DNA of 62,343 bases, the filler included, from Dirinaria sp. TL-2023a (taxonomy: Eukaryota), in assembly GCA_051941275.1 (NCBI GenBank). It is 7 parts of 7 records of this genome, joined end to end, with 100 filler letters (N's around TTAATTAATTAA, not from the genome) between each part and the next. Parts side by side here need not be neighbours in the genome. Positions count along the whole stretch, not along the records: positions 1 to 8,845 come from JAVEBF010001134.1; positions 8,946 to 17,785 come from JAVEBF010001135.1; 5 more parts are not named here. One strand, written 5' to 3'. Positions 1 to 12,723 of this stretch are shown here, piece by piece. How positions within the stretch are numbered: the stretch's first letter is position 1; the number at the start of each line of letters is the position of its first letter. Position numbers and translations under genes: made by a program. Below the pieces are notes generated by a model. It was not told the origin of the DNA. It saw nothing but the letters and a program-made list of their open reading frames with translations, and made no database searches.

Positions 1-1179
1 CAGCTAGCCTCAAGAAGGCAGTCATCTTCATGAAAGGGACAGAGCTCCTAGGCCAATTTGGGGAGTCAAAAATAGAAGAGAACGATAGAGAATGCGGTGT
101 ATAAGCGCCTAGTGCATTGGATCGGCAACTTGTTGCCACAGCATCAAATAAGAGGTAGGTTCAGAGGCGAAAGTGCCGGATGAAACCGCCTCAAAAGGAA
201 AGCAATAATATAGGAAAGCAAATCGCCAGCAGGACTGCGCGACTGCAGGATGCACAGCTTCATTTTTGATGGAGCAGGTGTAGAGGTGCAAGGGTGGCGC
301 GTTCTGATTGGCTAGGTATAGTATGACTAATGGCCGCATAGCTAGTCTTGATAGGACGGGCTGCGAGCGCCTAATGAATTAATCAATCAATCAACTTCAA
401 ATCCGCCCCATCCTATCTTATTTATTGTTTACCACCGAGGTGTTGGATTGATCCGGTCCAAGGTTCTATATACCAGAATCGACTTCGACAGTGTTCCCAA
501 GCTTCGCCACGATCCAGTGCTTATGTGAAAGAACATCTAGTTGTAACACTCTATTGCTGTAAATTGACAGTGGCCCAAGCTCTCAGATTCCAAAATGAAA
601 AATGAAAAAGTCCAAAATTTTGCTTTCAGAAGCCATCGCGTAGGAACCGCTAAAGATGATATATTGCGTCCTGATATTATGCCGTGGAACCGTCAATTGA
701 AACCCCAAATCTGGCAGTGTGCCACAGCAAGAGTTTGGTCAAACGTTCTGGTCTCATTTCAAAATATGCTACACTCCATCATTGTGTTTCTCGGATCCGG
801 TAGCCGTTGTCTGGATACTCTACTTCAGACGACGTCTCACCCCCGCGGCCTGCGTTGAAGGAGGGACAGCTTTAGATATCCTTGGCCGAGTCCTCTGGAA
901 ATTGTCAAGCGGTACCATGCTGTCGGGTCAATGTTTGTCTCCTGTACGGGGGCTGAGTGATGGATATGATTTGCACTATGTGTGTCCCCAGAATGAGGCT
1001 CGAGTATATATTGAGTCTGACTTACCCAGAGCAACTGCTCTCATCATCACATTTCGTACGATAAGTCTTCTCAGTACTATCTCTTTCTTCATACCATTCG
1101 GCTATCCTTCAAGACCAGCCGTCAATTTTTAGTTAACTATTTTCACACCTCTGTCATTATCCATCAAATCCTCAATAGA

Positions 1180-2766
1180 ATGTATTTGAGTCGTGTACTA
1201 TGGCAATTGGGAGCTCTGACTCTTGCATTCCCCGAGATCTGGCGCTCTGGCGCTTTCGCTTCGCCAACGACAGCGGACAAGGTCATGGCTTTGAAGCCGA
1301 TCGACGTTACAGATTTCGAGTCAGCTTTTGACATCCAGCAACGTGCGGCTGAAGACTTCTCTAGCCTACATCTTAAGACACAAGAGCACCTTATCTATGG
1401 CCGGCCAGGAAAGCAGGGTCAACTACTTTACGCCAACATGACCCTCTATGCCCCTCATGGACTACAGATCGTCCTAATGGAACGCTTCCAGGGTCTTATC
1501 AGAGCTGTTGACTGCAAAGGTGATGATGCCTCCATGTCTCTCACTTTCAAGTCTACGGCGGCCTTCCATTACGCTTCGAAAACATGGGACTTCATCAATC
1601 AATCGAAAGAGAAGAAATTTCTACTCATTACCAACAAGGATGGTTGTGGACCTAGTGACGAGAGACAATCATATCTCATCACCAACATTCGGGAGGATGC
1701 CCAAGCAATGACCATTCACTTAACGGTGCAGGTATCCCATTTGTCTAAAGCCATCCCCCACTGGGACCTCGATCTTGGCCAGGTGTCTATGAACGCATCT
1801 AGCAGGCACAGCCGCCGCAGCAAATTCCATCATCTGGGAGACGGCGTCAAAGGAGGTTTACATGATTTGGGAGATGGCCTCAAAGCAGATTTCGACAAGA
1901 CTATACCCAAGATCTTTGATGTAAACATGGGCACACCAGAAAAGCAAATCAAACTAAGTAATCAATCAGACTTCCAGCTGTCCTGTGACAGTTGCTTCAT
2001 TAAAGGCAGCTTCAACTTGACAGGTCATATTTCGGTGAGATCATTCAAAGTGAAAGAGCTCACGCTCAACGTCTCGCCAAAGGACCTTGCAGCAACCCTC
2101 GCACTCGGCACTACCATTACTGACACTAAGTCTCCCCAGAAGCTGCCTATAGACAGAGAGCTATTTTCTGCACCCATTCCGGATGCTGGCTTTGAAATCT
2201 CGAAATTATTCAAGTTAGGGACAACAATCTCGTACGACATTGGAGGGAGCGTTTCTTTCTCCGGCAGCGCCAGTGCGCAATTTGGCCTGATAGTCAAAGT
2301 CCCTGACACGGCACAAATTACTGCAGACCTGCATGATTACTCCCACAGTTCTGCAATAGGTTTTGACGGCGGCGATATCCATCACACATTCAATGTTACG
2401 GACGTGTCAGCAGGTGTAACACTAAATGCCTACTCGCAGCCGAAACTGTCCTTTGGCGTTGAAGTTCATAAAATCGCTAATTACGACGTTGATGTGACAA
2501 TGAAGCTCCCCACATTCGATGCGCAGCTCTCGGGCGCTTACAAAAAAGGCGGTCTCTGCGCACCTGGCAAGGCTACTACGGGCGCCAAGCTGTCCAGTAA
2601 AATTGGAGTGGAAGTCGATCTCAATATCGAAGCCCGTGCTGGCTCCCACGAAGACACTTCTCCTCCGAATTACAATAAAAACCTCTTCAACAAGTCCAAG
2701 CCGCTCTACTCCCACTGCTTCCCGCTCCAAATTCCCGGGCTCGGCCCGAAGAGCCCAACGCACTAG
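1180..2766 (+). CDS. Secreted protein, 528 aa, DUF7029/DUF7223-like fungal family; single exon
   Basis: Uninterrupted ORF with N-terminal hydrophobic signal-like segment. Motifs ANMTL..IVLMERF.GLI..VDC, FLLITNKDGCG..DERQ and SCDSCFIKG resemble this family (recalled, not searched). Confidence 0.6.
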   Translation: MYLSRVLWQLGALTLAFPEIWRSGAFASPTTADKVMALKPIDVTDFESAFDIQQRAAEDFSSLHLKTQEHLIYGRPGKQGQLLYANMTLYAPHGLQIVLMERFQGLIRAVDCKGDDASMSLTFKSTAAFHYASKTWDFINQSKEKKFLLITNKDGCGPSDERQSYLITNIREDAQAMTIHLTVQVSHLSKAIPHWDLDLGQVSMNASSRHSRRSKFHHLGDGVKGGLHDLGDGLKADFDKTIPKIFDVNMGTPEKQIKLSNQSDFQLSCDSCFIKGSFNLTGHISVRSFKVKELTLNVSPKDLAATLALGTTITDTKSPQKLPIDRELFSAPIPDAGFEISKLFKLGTTISYDIGGSVSFSGSASAQFGLIVKVPDTAQITADLHDYSHSSAIGFDGGDIHHTFNVTDVSAGVTLNAYSQPKLSFGVEVHKIANYDVDVTMKLPTFDAQLSGAYKKGGLCAPGKATTGAKLSSKIGVEVDLNIEARAGSHEDTSPPNYNKNLFNKSKPLYSHCFPLQIPGLGPKSPTH

Positions 2767-5700
2767 GTTTCAATGCCTTCAGGGACCGCTCCCTCTTCAC
2801 CTGCTATGCATGCTCACAGCAATGGTACCGGGGCCTAGAGGCAAAGATTCAGGCCCGCCTCATAACTGAGTTTGCGTAGCCTTGCCCTGATGGACGGTTA
2901 CTTCTCTTCTTTTTTCATTTTGTTCAGTGAGGTTGGCGGTAAGGTGAACTGACTACTATTCACGGAGGGAAAGTATTGAGCGGAGGTTTACGGCTCCTGC
3001 TAGTTCCAGACTTTCCGAGAACAGCATGGTCGAGACGCTGAAGAGAGCGATGTTCTGAATATTTCCTTTGGGCAATTCTTTTCTTCAAGTCCTTCTTTAC
3101 ACATAACATTTATGGTTCTCTCTATGTTTCTCGCTGATTTAATATTTTGGACAAATAGTGTCCCGACTTCTAGTACTTTGCTTTGAGTAACCCATCTTTA
3201 CTTCTAGTCGCTCCTTTCAGAGTCTGTTGTCAGCGCAAGGAATATCGGGCCGATGGCTGCTTCCACCGTCTCTTCTGCTGCAAGAGCAAATCTGTATTAG
3301 TATGCTGTTTCGAGAGACGCAATGTACTCGTACCTTTAGATAAGACCTACATCTTTTTGCTCTTTCGAACCTTCCTCTTTGTCTTTGACTATTCTGGCTT
3401 GATGATCAAGGTAAGATATCTTCCACACCGTTCCATCAATGCATCCACATCGTGAATCGTGAACAAATTCGGAAAAATGATTTGATCGCTTCAATGAAAC
3501 GATGGGTAAAGCTGAACTGAGGACTAAGAAATGATCATGGAGACTCCCTTGTCCAAGACAAAAAAAGGGTTTCGCTTGTGGGGAGCGAAAAGATGTCAGA
3601 CAACGCAGAACAGCTACTAGCGCAAGTGCATCACCTATGTTCTACACGAGGCGTCAAGTCCCATTGTGCAAGGGCAGGGCAACAGTGTAGGATATGTACA
3701 AAACTGATTGCTGGCTGAGGGAGGTGCGGAGGAAGAAGGCACGAGCCCCCTTAATTACGGGGTCTTTATAGCGTCCGCCGAGAGTGTGGCAAGTAGTAAT
3801 AGATGCACTTAAAACTCAATAATATGCCGCTCTCCCCTAGTATGAATTGGACCTGATTTCAACTACTAATTTCTTTGTAACACGCATTTTTATGACCTTG
3901 TGGCCTTTGTGCTGAATTAGCAGTCCTCAGCGGCATTTGAGCGTAAACTTCTGAGACGAAGTCTCCACCGAGTCGCTGCAATCTCTAGTATACTTCTTCA
4001 TTTTTAAGAGTCTCGATGAAGTAAAGAGAAGTTTTTGACTTCAATGGTCGATGTGAGGTTCGGCATATGAGCGTGAACTAGCGATTGATGATTGTTGGAT
4101 GATGGCTTTTACTTGATGCATGATGCGAGGCGAGTTGAAGCGTTGTACGGTCTAGCTCAACAGTATCTTCACTCTTAACTAGGGGAGTTGAATGGCACGT
4201 TGTGAAGGCCGATAGAAGTATCGCTACTAGAGTGACGATTCTCACAATTTCCAGTTGCGTTCGAAGAAGTTTGGAAAAGACAAGGGTGTCCCCTGAAAGA
4301 CCGTAAGACCATTGAGAATTTGGAGTCCAGGTCAGCAATGTGAGAACTTTGACCCGGGGACTGGCCAGTGTCTGATAGTTAATAGAATTAGTAGGTTGCT
4401 GATATTCTATTTGTGGTATTGCGCTTAGTACGAAGATTCTGTCAGGAATATTTGTAAGATGGAGTGTGTGATAGCTCTGAAGCCATAGAAAACAGAACGA
4501 CAGTAGGCTCATTGAGGATTTGAATATATATAGTACCTGCGCTTTGATTTTAGGAGGTTGTAGATGCTGCATGGTAGTGAGACAGGATACCATAGTAATG
4601 GAAGTGATTGCAGACACTAGTCATTTAATGACTTCTTGAGGGCTCATCAGCTGTTTACCATACAAGTGTTTACTGCTTCAATATCTCATCCATCGAAAGA
4701 GAGTATCAATAGTGAGAATCTCGACTTAGAGAAAGAATAAAAACAGCGGAAGCAACATCTGTTGAACCCCTTAATGGAACTGAGAATGCAAGGCAAGTAT
4801 ACACGAGACGATCGACAACGCTAAACCGGAAATATTCAGCACCCGCGATTAGCTCAAAACACGACTTTTACTGACCTCTGCCACTTCTTCCTCCCCTCCT
4901 CACTCCCTCCTCTTTGTCTATATGTAGGATATAAAAGGCTTGAGATGTCTCATGCTGTGCACTCAATATATTGCTTATATCTTGCCGCAGCCCTATCTTC
5001 AGCCATGCAGAGTCCCGAGAAATCTTTTGGATCTGGGAGCTATGCAGCATCAGACAGCTGTAATAGTTGGAAAGTTGGTGCCAGGCTGCCAGTGAGAAGG
5101 GTCGTCCGTTACTGCAGATGGCCTGGAACTGGAAAGAGAAAGCTGCCAACACTGCTAGTCGAATGCTAGCAACGTATTTCCATGGCTGTGGCGAGCACCT
5201 TCGAATTCCTCCCATACTATATACTTGCAATTCCCAAGGACGGAGCCTGTACGCAGTGGCTGCCAGTCTCTGGCACTGCTCGTTCTTGTTTCTCCTTGGC
5301 GCTTCACCCAGGTCTCTTGATATACTGATATATAATAGGACGGGTAGGTGCATTTCAGTTTTAGGGCCCTTTGTTCTCTCCCCATGATTGTCTTTGAGTC
5401 TGTAGTCAGATTCTATAGTCCCACTTCCTGAGGAATGTGTTCTTCTCTGCTTCGGCCATTCTTACATTGGCCGGATTCCAGTCAGTGGTCGCTGGTAGAC
5501 CTAGAGCTTCAGGATGAAGACACAAGCTCCTGGATGTTTCTATCAGAGTCTTCGTCTTGGAGCATATCAATCCTCTCACTGTGATGCCCTTGCGTTGGGC
5601 TTAACGAGATTCAACCCGGGCATCCGGCATCTGCAAATGCGCGGAGACTCTTGTGGGGTCGAGGAAGTTGCAGTTATTCTCTGATCATGCTCGTGGGCAT

Positions 5701-6396
5701 CATAGAAATGTTTCGTTGTACGGCACACAAGGAGGCGGCAGGGATGTGTCTGGCTGCGACTGCTGTGCTGTATGCGCTGCGTTAGCGATGATGGCTTCTC
5801 AGCGCAGAGCCCATCATGGATACTCAATAAGAGCTGCGATAGCTTTCGTATCTCGATGCATGCTGCGCTTCTAGTGTTGATACTGTATCTGCTCTTCAGG
5901 CTACGAAACTTGATGTGAACGTCGCTAATATTGAGGACAGGGTTTTTCAACACGATGAGAGTGATGAAGCGCAAGAAGGCTTGAAAGCCGGAGAGCGTGA
6001 ATGCTCGAGACTATTGTGAGTCCCTCTCAATCTCTTCGATGAATAGGAAAGAGGTCTACTGGCAATGCTTGTCTAAGCATAATGCATTGTGCTGGCGGGT
6101 AGAACCATATCACCCTAGGCTGAAAGGGGATGTAGCCCCACAAATCTCTTTCGGCTACAAAGCATTTGTTGTGATCTTCTGAGCTTCAACATACCAACCT
6201 TTGCAACTCTGGCGTCTACGAATTTGAGCTTTCCATCTACTTTCCTAAGCCGAATACGTCGAGACCTAACCAGAGCTTTTATTACAAGTCCAGGCAGATT
6301 CGTTGACCCGCACCTATAAATCGCTCGATCATCAGCTCTCCCTAGAGCTGTACTGGTTAACTCACCTCATTTACCTTGTGATCAAGACCCTCCAAC

Positions 6397-8384
6397 ATGG
6401 CAGCCACTCCTACCGCAACGATGATCATGGGCCACACCAAGTGGGACCCAAACGTGTGCGGTAATACAACCGACAATGGAAGGCAGAACTGTGGCAACAA
6501 GACCAAAATGCTCTGCGGTGGATGCAAACTCCTCGGAGTAAGTTGAAAAGCTCTTAAAGTATCAGGTTGGAGCTGGCTGACGCTCTCTCTCTCAGTACTG
6601 CTCTCAAGAATGCCAGAAAAGCCACTGGTCCGTACACGAGAAGGACTGCAAGGCTGATCTCCGTACCGAAGACGCTTTACCAGACTTCTGTTGGGATGGT
6701 GGTGCACCCACCGACTACATCTTTCCTGGCGCTAAACATATTGACTATCCGCAACTATGGGGCACGAGTCGAGCGGTGGACGTGTTGAAGCTGCAGGATA
6801 ACGAAGGGCAACAGTTCAGTGAAGATTTGATGGTATTCTTCGCAAGTAAGTGGTTCTGAAACATTTTCTGAGCTTATTCTAAAGAAAACATAGGCTGCAA
6901 TGACCGTGATGTGCTGAAGACGGTGAACTCATTGTCTGCCAATTATCAGGGCACTTTGACCTGCCTAATCAACCACGAATCGTCAGACGTAGCCTTGAGA
7001 AATCTTTTAATACTTCTTGTAGCGACTACGCAAGACTCGGCGCTTGCAGCGGAAGTTATTGTACACTTGTGGTACTCGGTGTTCTTGACCCGCTCAATGA
7101 TCGACGCTATGAAGACCAGCATCTTGCCTCTTCTGGACGCCAACCTTGATTTTGTTTCAAGAGAATTCTCGGAAGCCCACCGCTCCGCAGGGAACTACTA
7201 TACCAAGTGGCACTGGCAACGTCCTGCCGGGGTGAATTGCGACATAAAGTTCGGGCTTCCCTGGGATGACTTGACGAGGCTAAAGAAGCTCTTGACAACT
7301 GAGCTGAACAAGGCCGATGCGGTAAATCGTCGAGCTGACATGATCTTCCACCCTGAGATTCATGACGCTAAGCAGCTATGCTTTCACAACCAGCAACCGG
7401 ACTGGCGATCAAGTGTGGAGAGATATGAATACATTGGTGTCTTGTCCCCGTTTGGAGCATGCGTCAAGGCCTTCGACGTGGTCAATCCGTAAGTGAACAC
7501 AAGGTATTCGAAATCGTCTTGTAGCTAATCTTCAGTACAGGATGATGTTTCGTCCTCTAGACACATCATTCATTTACAACCAGGACGGCTTTGCGGCTCC
7601 TTTAGATGGCTGGAGCATCCAAGATCTCATGGCGTTCCCCAGCGGCGGTCCGCGACACGATCTACATGGACAACTATACTTCTTCTTGCGAGCAGAAGTT
7701 GAGAAGTTCTGCGCCCGCATAAAGCAAGGCCCCAAGATAGAATTCATTGTGACACGTACTGGCGCTTGCGACCCCCATTTCACCCATAAAGTAGTGGGGG
7801 CGTGTTACGACCGTATTTACATATCCAAATGGGCCATGGAACCGTATCACCCCGCTAACTGGTCAGCGCCGAGAAGCTGGGGCCTCCCCAGGATGCTGGA
7901 TGAGTACGGCCAACTTCTCAAGCCCCGGAGCGTCAACCCCCATGCCACCCTCATCGCCACGTTCGAACAGTACCACGAGAAAGAGCGCAAAACCGCCCTG
8001 ACGAAGCGTGAGCGTCAGCAGATCATGCCGAAGCTGAGATCATACGACTATGTCAGACCCGCTTCCCTGGAGACCCCACAGGGCCTCGCTTTCAAGACAG
8101 CGATCTACTTCGCAGGCCTTCTCCTCGCCCCCTTCGACGAGCTGTTCGATGAGTATAACGCGAAGCATCATTTCGAGGCCGAGGCCGCCTTCAGAGGCCT
8201 GGAGATGAAGCAGCAGAACACCATCGTGGACAAATGGCCCGCTCGATTCACCAAAGCCCCGGGTGAGGAAGGTGCGAAGAAGGTGTTTAGGCAGAAATTG
8301 GCGGAAAATGCGAAGTATGAAGAGCGCGTCGTGGAGTTTAAGAGAAGCGACCCGACAACTGGGCCCCAGCGGAGGAGTATCTAG
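6397..8384 (+). CDS. zf-MYND + DUF4470 domain protein (4 exons)
   Basis: Exon 1 (6397-6537, ..CGNKTKMLCGGCKLLG) spliced to 6596 (YCSQECQKSHWSVHEKDC) gives a MYND finger. It is followed by LWGTSRAVDVLKLQDNEG, VALRNLLILL, IVHLWYS, APLDGW, DLHGQLYFFL and NPHATLI, typical of DUF4470 proteins. Further introns ~6846-6893 and ~7489-7541. Confidence 0.85.
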
Positions 8385-8845
8385 CTTTTTTTCTTTTCTT
8401 TTTTTCTCTTTGCTTGTTTTATAGCATACATAGTTGTATGCGGACACAAATTCGTCGATGATTTTACATTCGAAATCTTTTCTTTCAACTTCTAAACCTT
8501 ACATGACCACCACCATCATCAACATTCTTAAACGATCGAGTACCCTACACACATAAACAAACAATCATACGATCATATACTGCAAAGACCGGGCACGCTA
8601 CCTATCTCTCTCTCTCCCTCACTCACTCCCCACATCAAATCAATCCCTATTCCCGATACTTATAGCGCATACGAGGCTACGAGTTCAGCATCCCATATTT
8701 TAACCCCTTCCCTCCTTCCTTAAACCCGTTTTATATCTCCAACTAGTCTAAAGAATGAGAAAGACTTTCTTGCTTCTTCTCGAAACGAAAAAAAGGAGAA
8801 TGGGATGGAAGAAGGGGTTGGGTTGAATGTGTGGGTCCGGCGGAG

Positions 8846-8945
8846 NNNNNNNNNNNNNNNNNNNNNNNNNNNNNNNNNNNNNNNNNNNNTTAATTAATTA
8901 ANNNNNNNNNNNNNNNNNNNNNNNNNNNNNNNNNNNNNNNNNNNN
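8846..8945. other. Artificial contig linker N44-TTAATTAATTAA-N44
   Basis: Six-frame stop 12-mer inside N runs; six identical copies in the window. Confidence 0.97.
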
Positions 8946-10976
8946 TGATTGGATTTGGGGGAGGGCAAGCGGTTGGAAGGGTGGGGAGGCAGATCGGTAG
9001 TCACCAAACCCCCCCCCTGTGCGGCATCATCTTAGCACGAGTGCTGCTGCTTAGCCTTCAAGTCCTTCCGTTGTTCCTGCATGATCTCCGACTCGCTCCA
9101 TTTTTAGCCCCTTTAGCACTCGGTACTCTCATACTCTATCCTGAAGATCCTCGAGCATGTTATGTCTCCGTACCTTGCCGATGGCAGATCGTAATAATCG
9201 TCTGAAGAACCGAGTAGCGGAAGCGGAGGGAAGGATCTCAAACTTTTGATATCCCGACCAAAGTCCAGAGGAATCCCGGTTGTGATCGCATCAGGGTAAG
9301 GATTAATTTGAAAGCTTAAGGATTTCTGTTTTTAAAGGGACAGCTTGTACACAATTGAAGGTACCGTACCTTGAGGTACCTTACCTCCTTATCTACAGGT
9401 ACTTGTACCTTACCCATATTAGGGTTGCCGAGCCTAGTATAGACTTGTATATCGAGTCCCTCGGTCTGCTTGCGTAGACCACTGGTCCGCTCGGAGCTAT
9501 CCTATGTCAGTGGTAATATTACCTTCATACGATTGAGCGTCCGATCTCTTGGTGGAAGCACTGATTACCTTAATATTGTTGGAACAATTCAAGAGCTTCG
9601 CCACGAGAATTCCTACATGCGCCACAGAAGGAGTTTTTCGGGAAGATTTCCAGACATGTTGGATTTGGTGGAAGGGAAATGTTTGATCCATCGACTGACC
9701 CGGATTCGTCGAATCCTTCCCATTCCATGACACGTCAAAAGTTTGTTCGCAAGCAGACTCGTGCAACATCTTTCCATTAGACTTTTTGATATCTGCAAAG
9801 GGAAAAGTCCATCGGATACGATCTCGAACATGTTATGCCCGCCTATGCCTCTGGCTACGTACAAGGTTTCGATCGGTTTTACCATAGATAAAAGCTAAAG
9901 AAAAAAGCTATCAGCAGGTCCCATGAGGACGGGAGACCAAATTCGTTCAATCTAGCAAACCTACTCACTTTTCCGTAGAAATCGTACAGACATGGAATTT
10001 CTTCATCTCGCCTCGCTTGTCCACCGACATTATCTTTCTCCAGAAGTGCTGTCAATCCGCAACGCCCGAATTCCTAATACTTGATGACCTGGATCAGGCG
10101 CTTAAAACCGCTCAAGGCGCCGATTCAAAACTCTTTACAAATACTTCTAATATCTACCTCTAGTACTCTCCTATGCGCTCTTCAAGAGCCTTTTTCGAAT
10201 AAGAAATTCCCCGAGCTCCTTAAAAAATCGTCGAAAATCATCCGATACCTCACCAGCAATGCCGTAGCAACAACAACAACGACAGACATCCCAAAAGAGC
10301 AAAGAACTTTGTAAGCTTTGTAATGGTGAGTGAGTAGACCGTCTTTACCCAAATTCAAAAAGCGATATAGCATCTAATCCCCCCCCTCATCTGGCCCAAG
10401 AGGGCGGAAGCGGCATCCTTTGGTGCAGTGGAACCCATACTGTTCGAAACGTGTAGATGACCTGCGTCAGATCGGTGCTAGTTGGTTGCAGTGAGGTAGA
10501 TGGAAGGTATGTGCAGTGACAATGATTGGGTTGGGATGGTCACGTAGTAAGGTACAGAGTGGGATGGGTGCGGTGAGGATTGTGGGAGTGGCTGTGGTGG
10601 CTAAGGCAGCTACTCGGACTCGCACGGGTGCCCGGGAGTAAGCCAGATGTGCACTGTCCCGAAGCAACTCCGTGCCCCTATGAACTACATAACTTCCGGC
10701 ATATGTTTTATTTGAGAGCAGGGAAAAGGCCAGGGAACAAAGAAATTGGATTTCACGAGCAAGACACGCGCGACGGATATGATGAGACGCATAATTAATC
10801 ATAGAAAATTTACCCCAGTGTTTGGCTGTAAGTGATTTATTAATTTGCTACGTACATATTTAATGCATGGATAATCCTCGCTGGCTATGCATTACACAAA
10901 TTTCCCCAACTCCCTACAGATGCAGATGAGTATTAGTGTAGTGTACAAGCTCTCTCCGACCTAAAGACCAAACTTT

Positions 10977-11708
10977 CTATTCAATCGTAATCTTCTTCTC
11001 CGCCCTGACAGCTTTCGGCACGATGACGGAGAGAATGCCATTCTTGAGGCTGGCCTTGACAGATTCCTGGTCGACCCGGCCTGGGAATTCGAAGCGACGC
11101 TGGAATTCACCGACTGATCGTTCGCTGACCCAATACTTGTAATCTGGCTCGGCGGACTTCGGCGCCACGGAAGGTTCTGATGCTGAGGCGACCTGAGCGG
11201 TAGCGGTGGTAGGAGGGTTCGGTTCTTCAGAACCTTTAGCTGCTTCGCCAGCATCGACGTAGTCGTCTTCGACCGATGGCTTCTGGTAGGAAGAAGCGGA
11301 CTTCTCCGAGGCGTCGTCAGCGGTAGCAGGCTCAGAGGCTGCTGGCTGTTCAAGGGGTTTCGTTTCTTGGTTGGATGAGCTCTTGTGGGTCTCGGTCTTG
11401 CCCCGGATGACTAGAGTGTTGGCATCCACAAACTCGATATCGATGTCCTCTTGTTTGATGCCTGGTAGTTCGCCGTGGAGTTCGTAGTTGGATCCAACCT
11501 CCCTGACATCAAAGCGCGGAACGAAGCTTCTTGGTTGAGAGCGCTGCAGAACAAATGGGTCTGCGGCATCTAGGAGGCGGAAGAATGGCGCGAAGTCATT
11601 AGAGGGAAAGCGAGGGAAAAAGCTGGTCATTGCGCGGACTGGCACCGAGGAGAGATTTGCTGGTCGGCACACAGCGCGAGGTAGACAAGTGGCTGTCCGA
11701 TAAGACAT
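10977..11708 (-). CDS. Small heat-shock protein (HSP20/alpha-crystallin, Hsp30-like)
   Basis: FVPRFDVRE..YELHGELPGI, ERSVGEFQRRFEFP and ASLKNGILSVIVPK. Second in-frame ATG at 11630 (MTSFFPRF). Confidence 0.95.
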   Translation of the reverse strand: MSYRTATCLPRAVCRPANLSSVPVRAMTSFFPRFPSNDFAPFFRLLDAADPFVLQRSQPRSFVPRFDVREVGSNYELHGELPGIKQEDIDIEFVDANTLVIRGKTETHKSSSNQETKPLEQPAASEPATADDASEKSASSYQKPSVEDDYVDAGEAAKGSEEPNPPTTATAQVASASEPSVAPKSAEPDYKYWVSERSVGEFQRRFEFPGRVDQESVKASLKNGILSVIVPKAVRAEKKITIE

Positions 11709-11882
11709 GGCTGACTTTGGATCTGTAAAGATGGTTTCGTCTGTTAAGAGCGTAGTGTGTGTTTGTTGAGAAGATGTGAGTAAGTTCTTTTTGAGAGAGA
11801 GTTGATATCGTGTGGAGCAGGTATTGTACTCGAGGTTGTTTCTTTTGAATGATGGAGAAGCAAGTGAGGAAGTTCAAGGAGA

Positions 11883-11890
11883 TATTTATA
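11883..11890 (-). promoter_or_regulatory. TATA box of the small HSP gene
   Basis: TATAAATA on the minus strand ~175 nt upstream of ATG 11708. Confidence 0.65.
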
Positions 11891-11977
11891 CTAGAGCTCG
11901 ACACAGACGAGAGGAGTCTCGCACTTTCCAGAGCTTAGGAATACAGGTGTCTTCGTAATCCTTGGAATTGCTCCCTA

Positions 11978-12046
11978 GCAGTTTCTAGGGCTTTCTCGCC
12001 ACCTCCGGTTAGTGCTAGAAGCTACGGCAAGCTTCTAGATCCTTCC
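11978..12046. promoter_or_regulatory. Degenerate heat-shock element array
   Basis: GAA-gc-TAC-gg-CAA-gc-TTC-ta-GAT-cc-TTC at 12018-12045. TTC also at 11983 and 11993 in the same 10-bp phase. Lies upstream of an HSP20 gene. Confidence 0.6.
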
Positions 12047-12723
12047 GCGCAGAAACTCATCAACATTGGTGGCAACGATGTTAGTAAAGGTTTGGAAATT
12101 TGCATGAGAATGAGAAGACTCGCTCTAATATGAGCAGCACATATGTGATGGAAAGCGATACGTATTTGATGCGCGATTGTAACGAAAGTAGTTGAATGGT
12201 GGTGGTCCAGGTGGCCTGGGTTCAGCAAACAACGAGATGATAATACTTCAAACCTACCGGAGCTGTCTCGGGGAAGTTTCCCTGCTGAGATTGCGTGCTG
12301 GCCATAGTTGAGGTTCTATTCTATTCTTCCTAAAGCGCTTCGTGGTACCAGGCATACTCGGAATTAGGAGTGTATAGAAGAAGAACAGTTGACGAACCTC
12401 GCGAGACTACTAAGTAATGTAGACTACGAGGCTACCAAGCTTGCCAAGCGAGCCAAGCTACCAATTACCCGAAGATTTCCCACCGCTCCGCACATTGAGC
12501 ACGCTAGGAGGCTAGCTAGCGGACCGAGAGCCTCTACTGCCGCTGATTGGCGCTTCACCAAGCCGTGCCCGAAAAGTTTCACTCAATTGATGTCAATGCT
12601 CAGATCTCGCCCACTCAAGCCCAAGGTCTTCCAGTTCCAGAATACATACGGTACCTATAGAAAATTTTCTGGAGTTATACCACTACTCCCCATGCAGCTC
12701 CAAATCCCTTTCCGCCTTCCACT

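Noticed and set aside
4868..6182. Short overlapping ORFs from the six-frame track (also 9470-10802 and ORFs antisense to real genes)
   Set aside because: No domain motifs or coherent splice models; consistent with chance or shadow ORFs.
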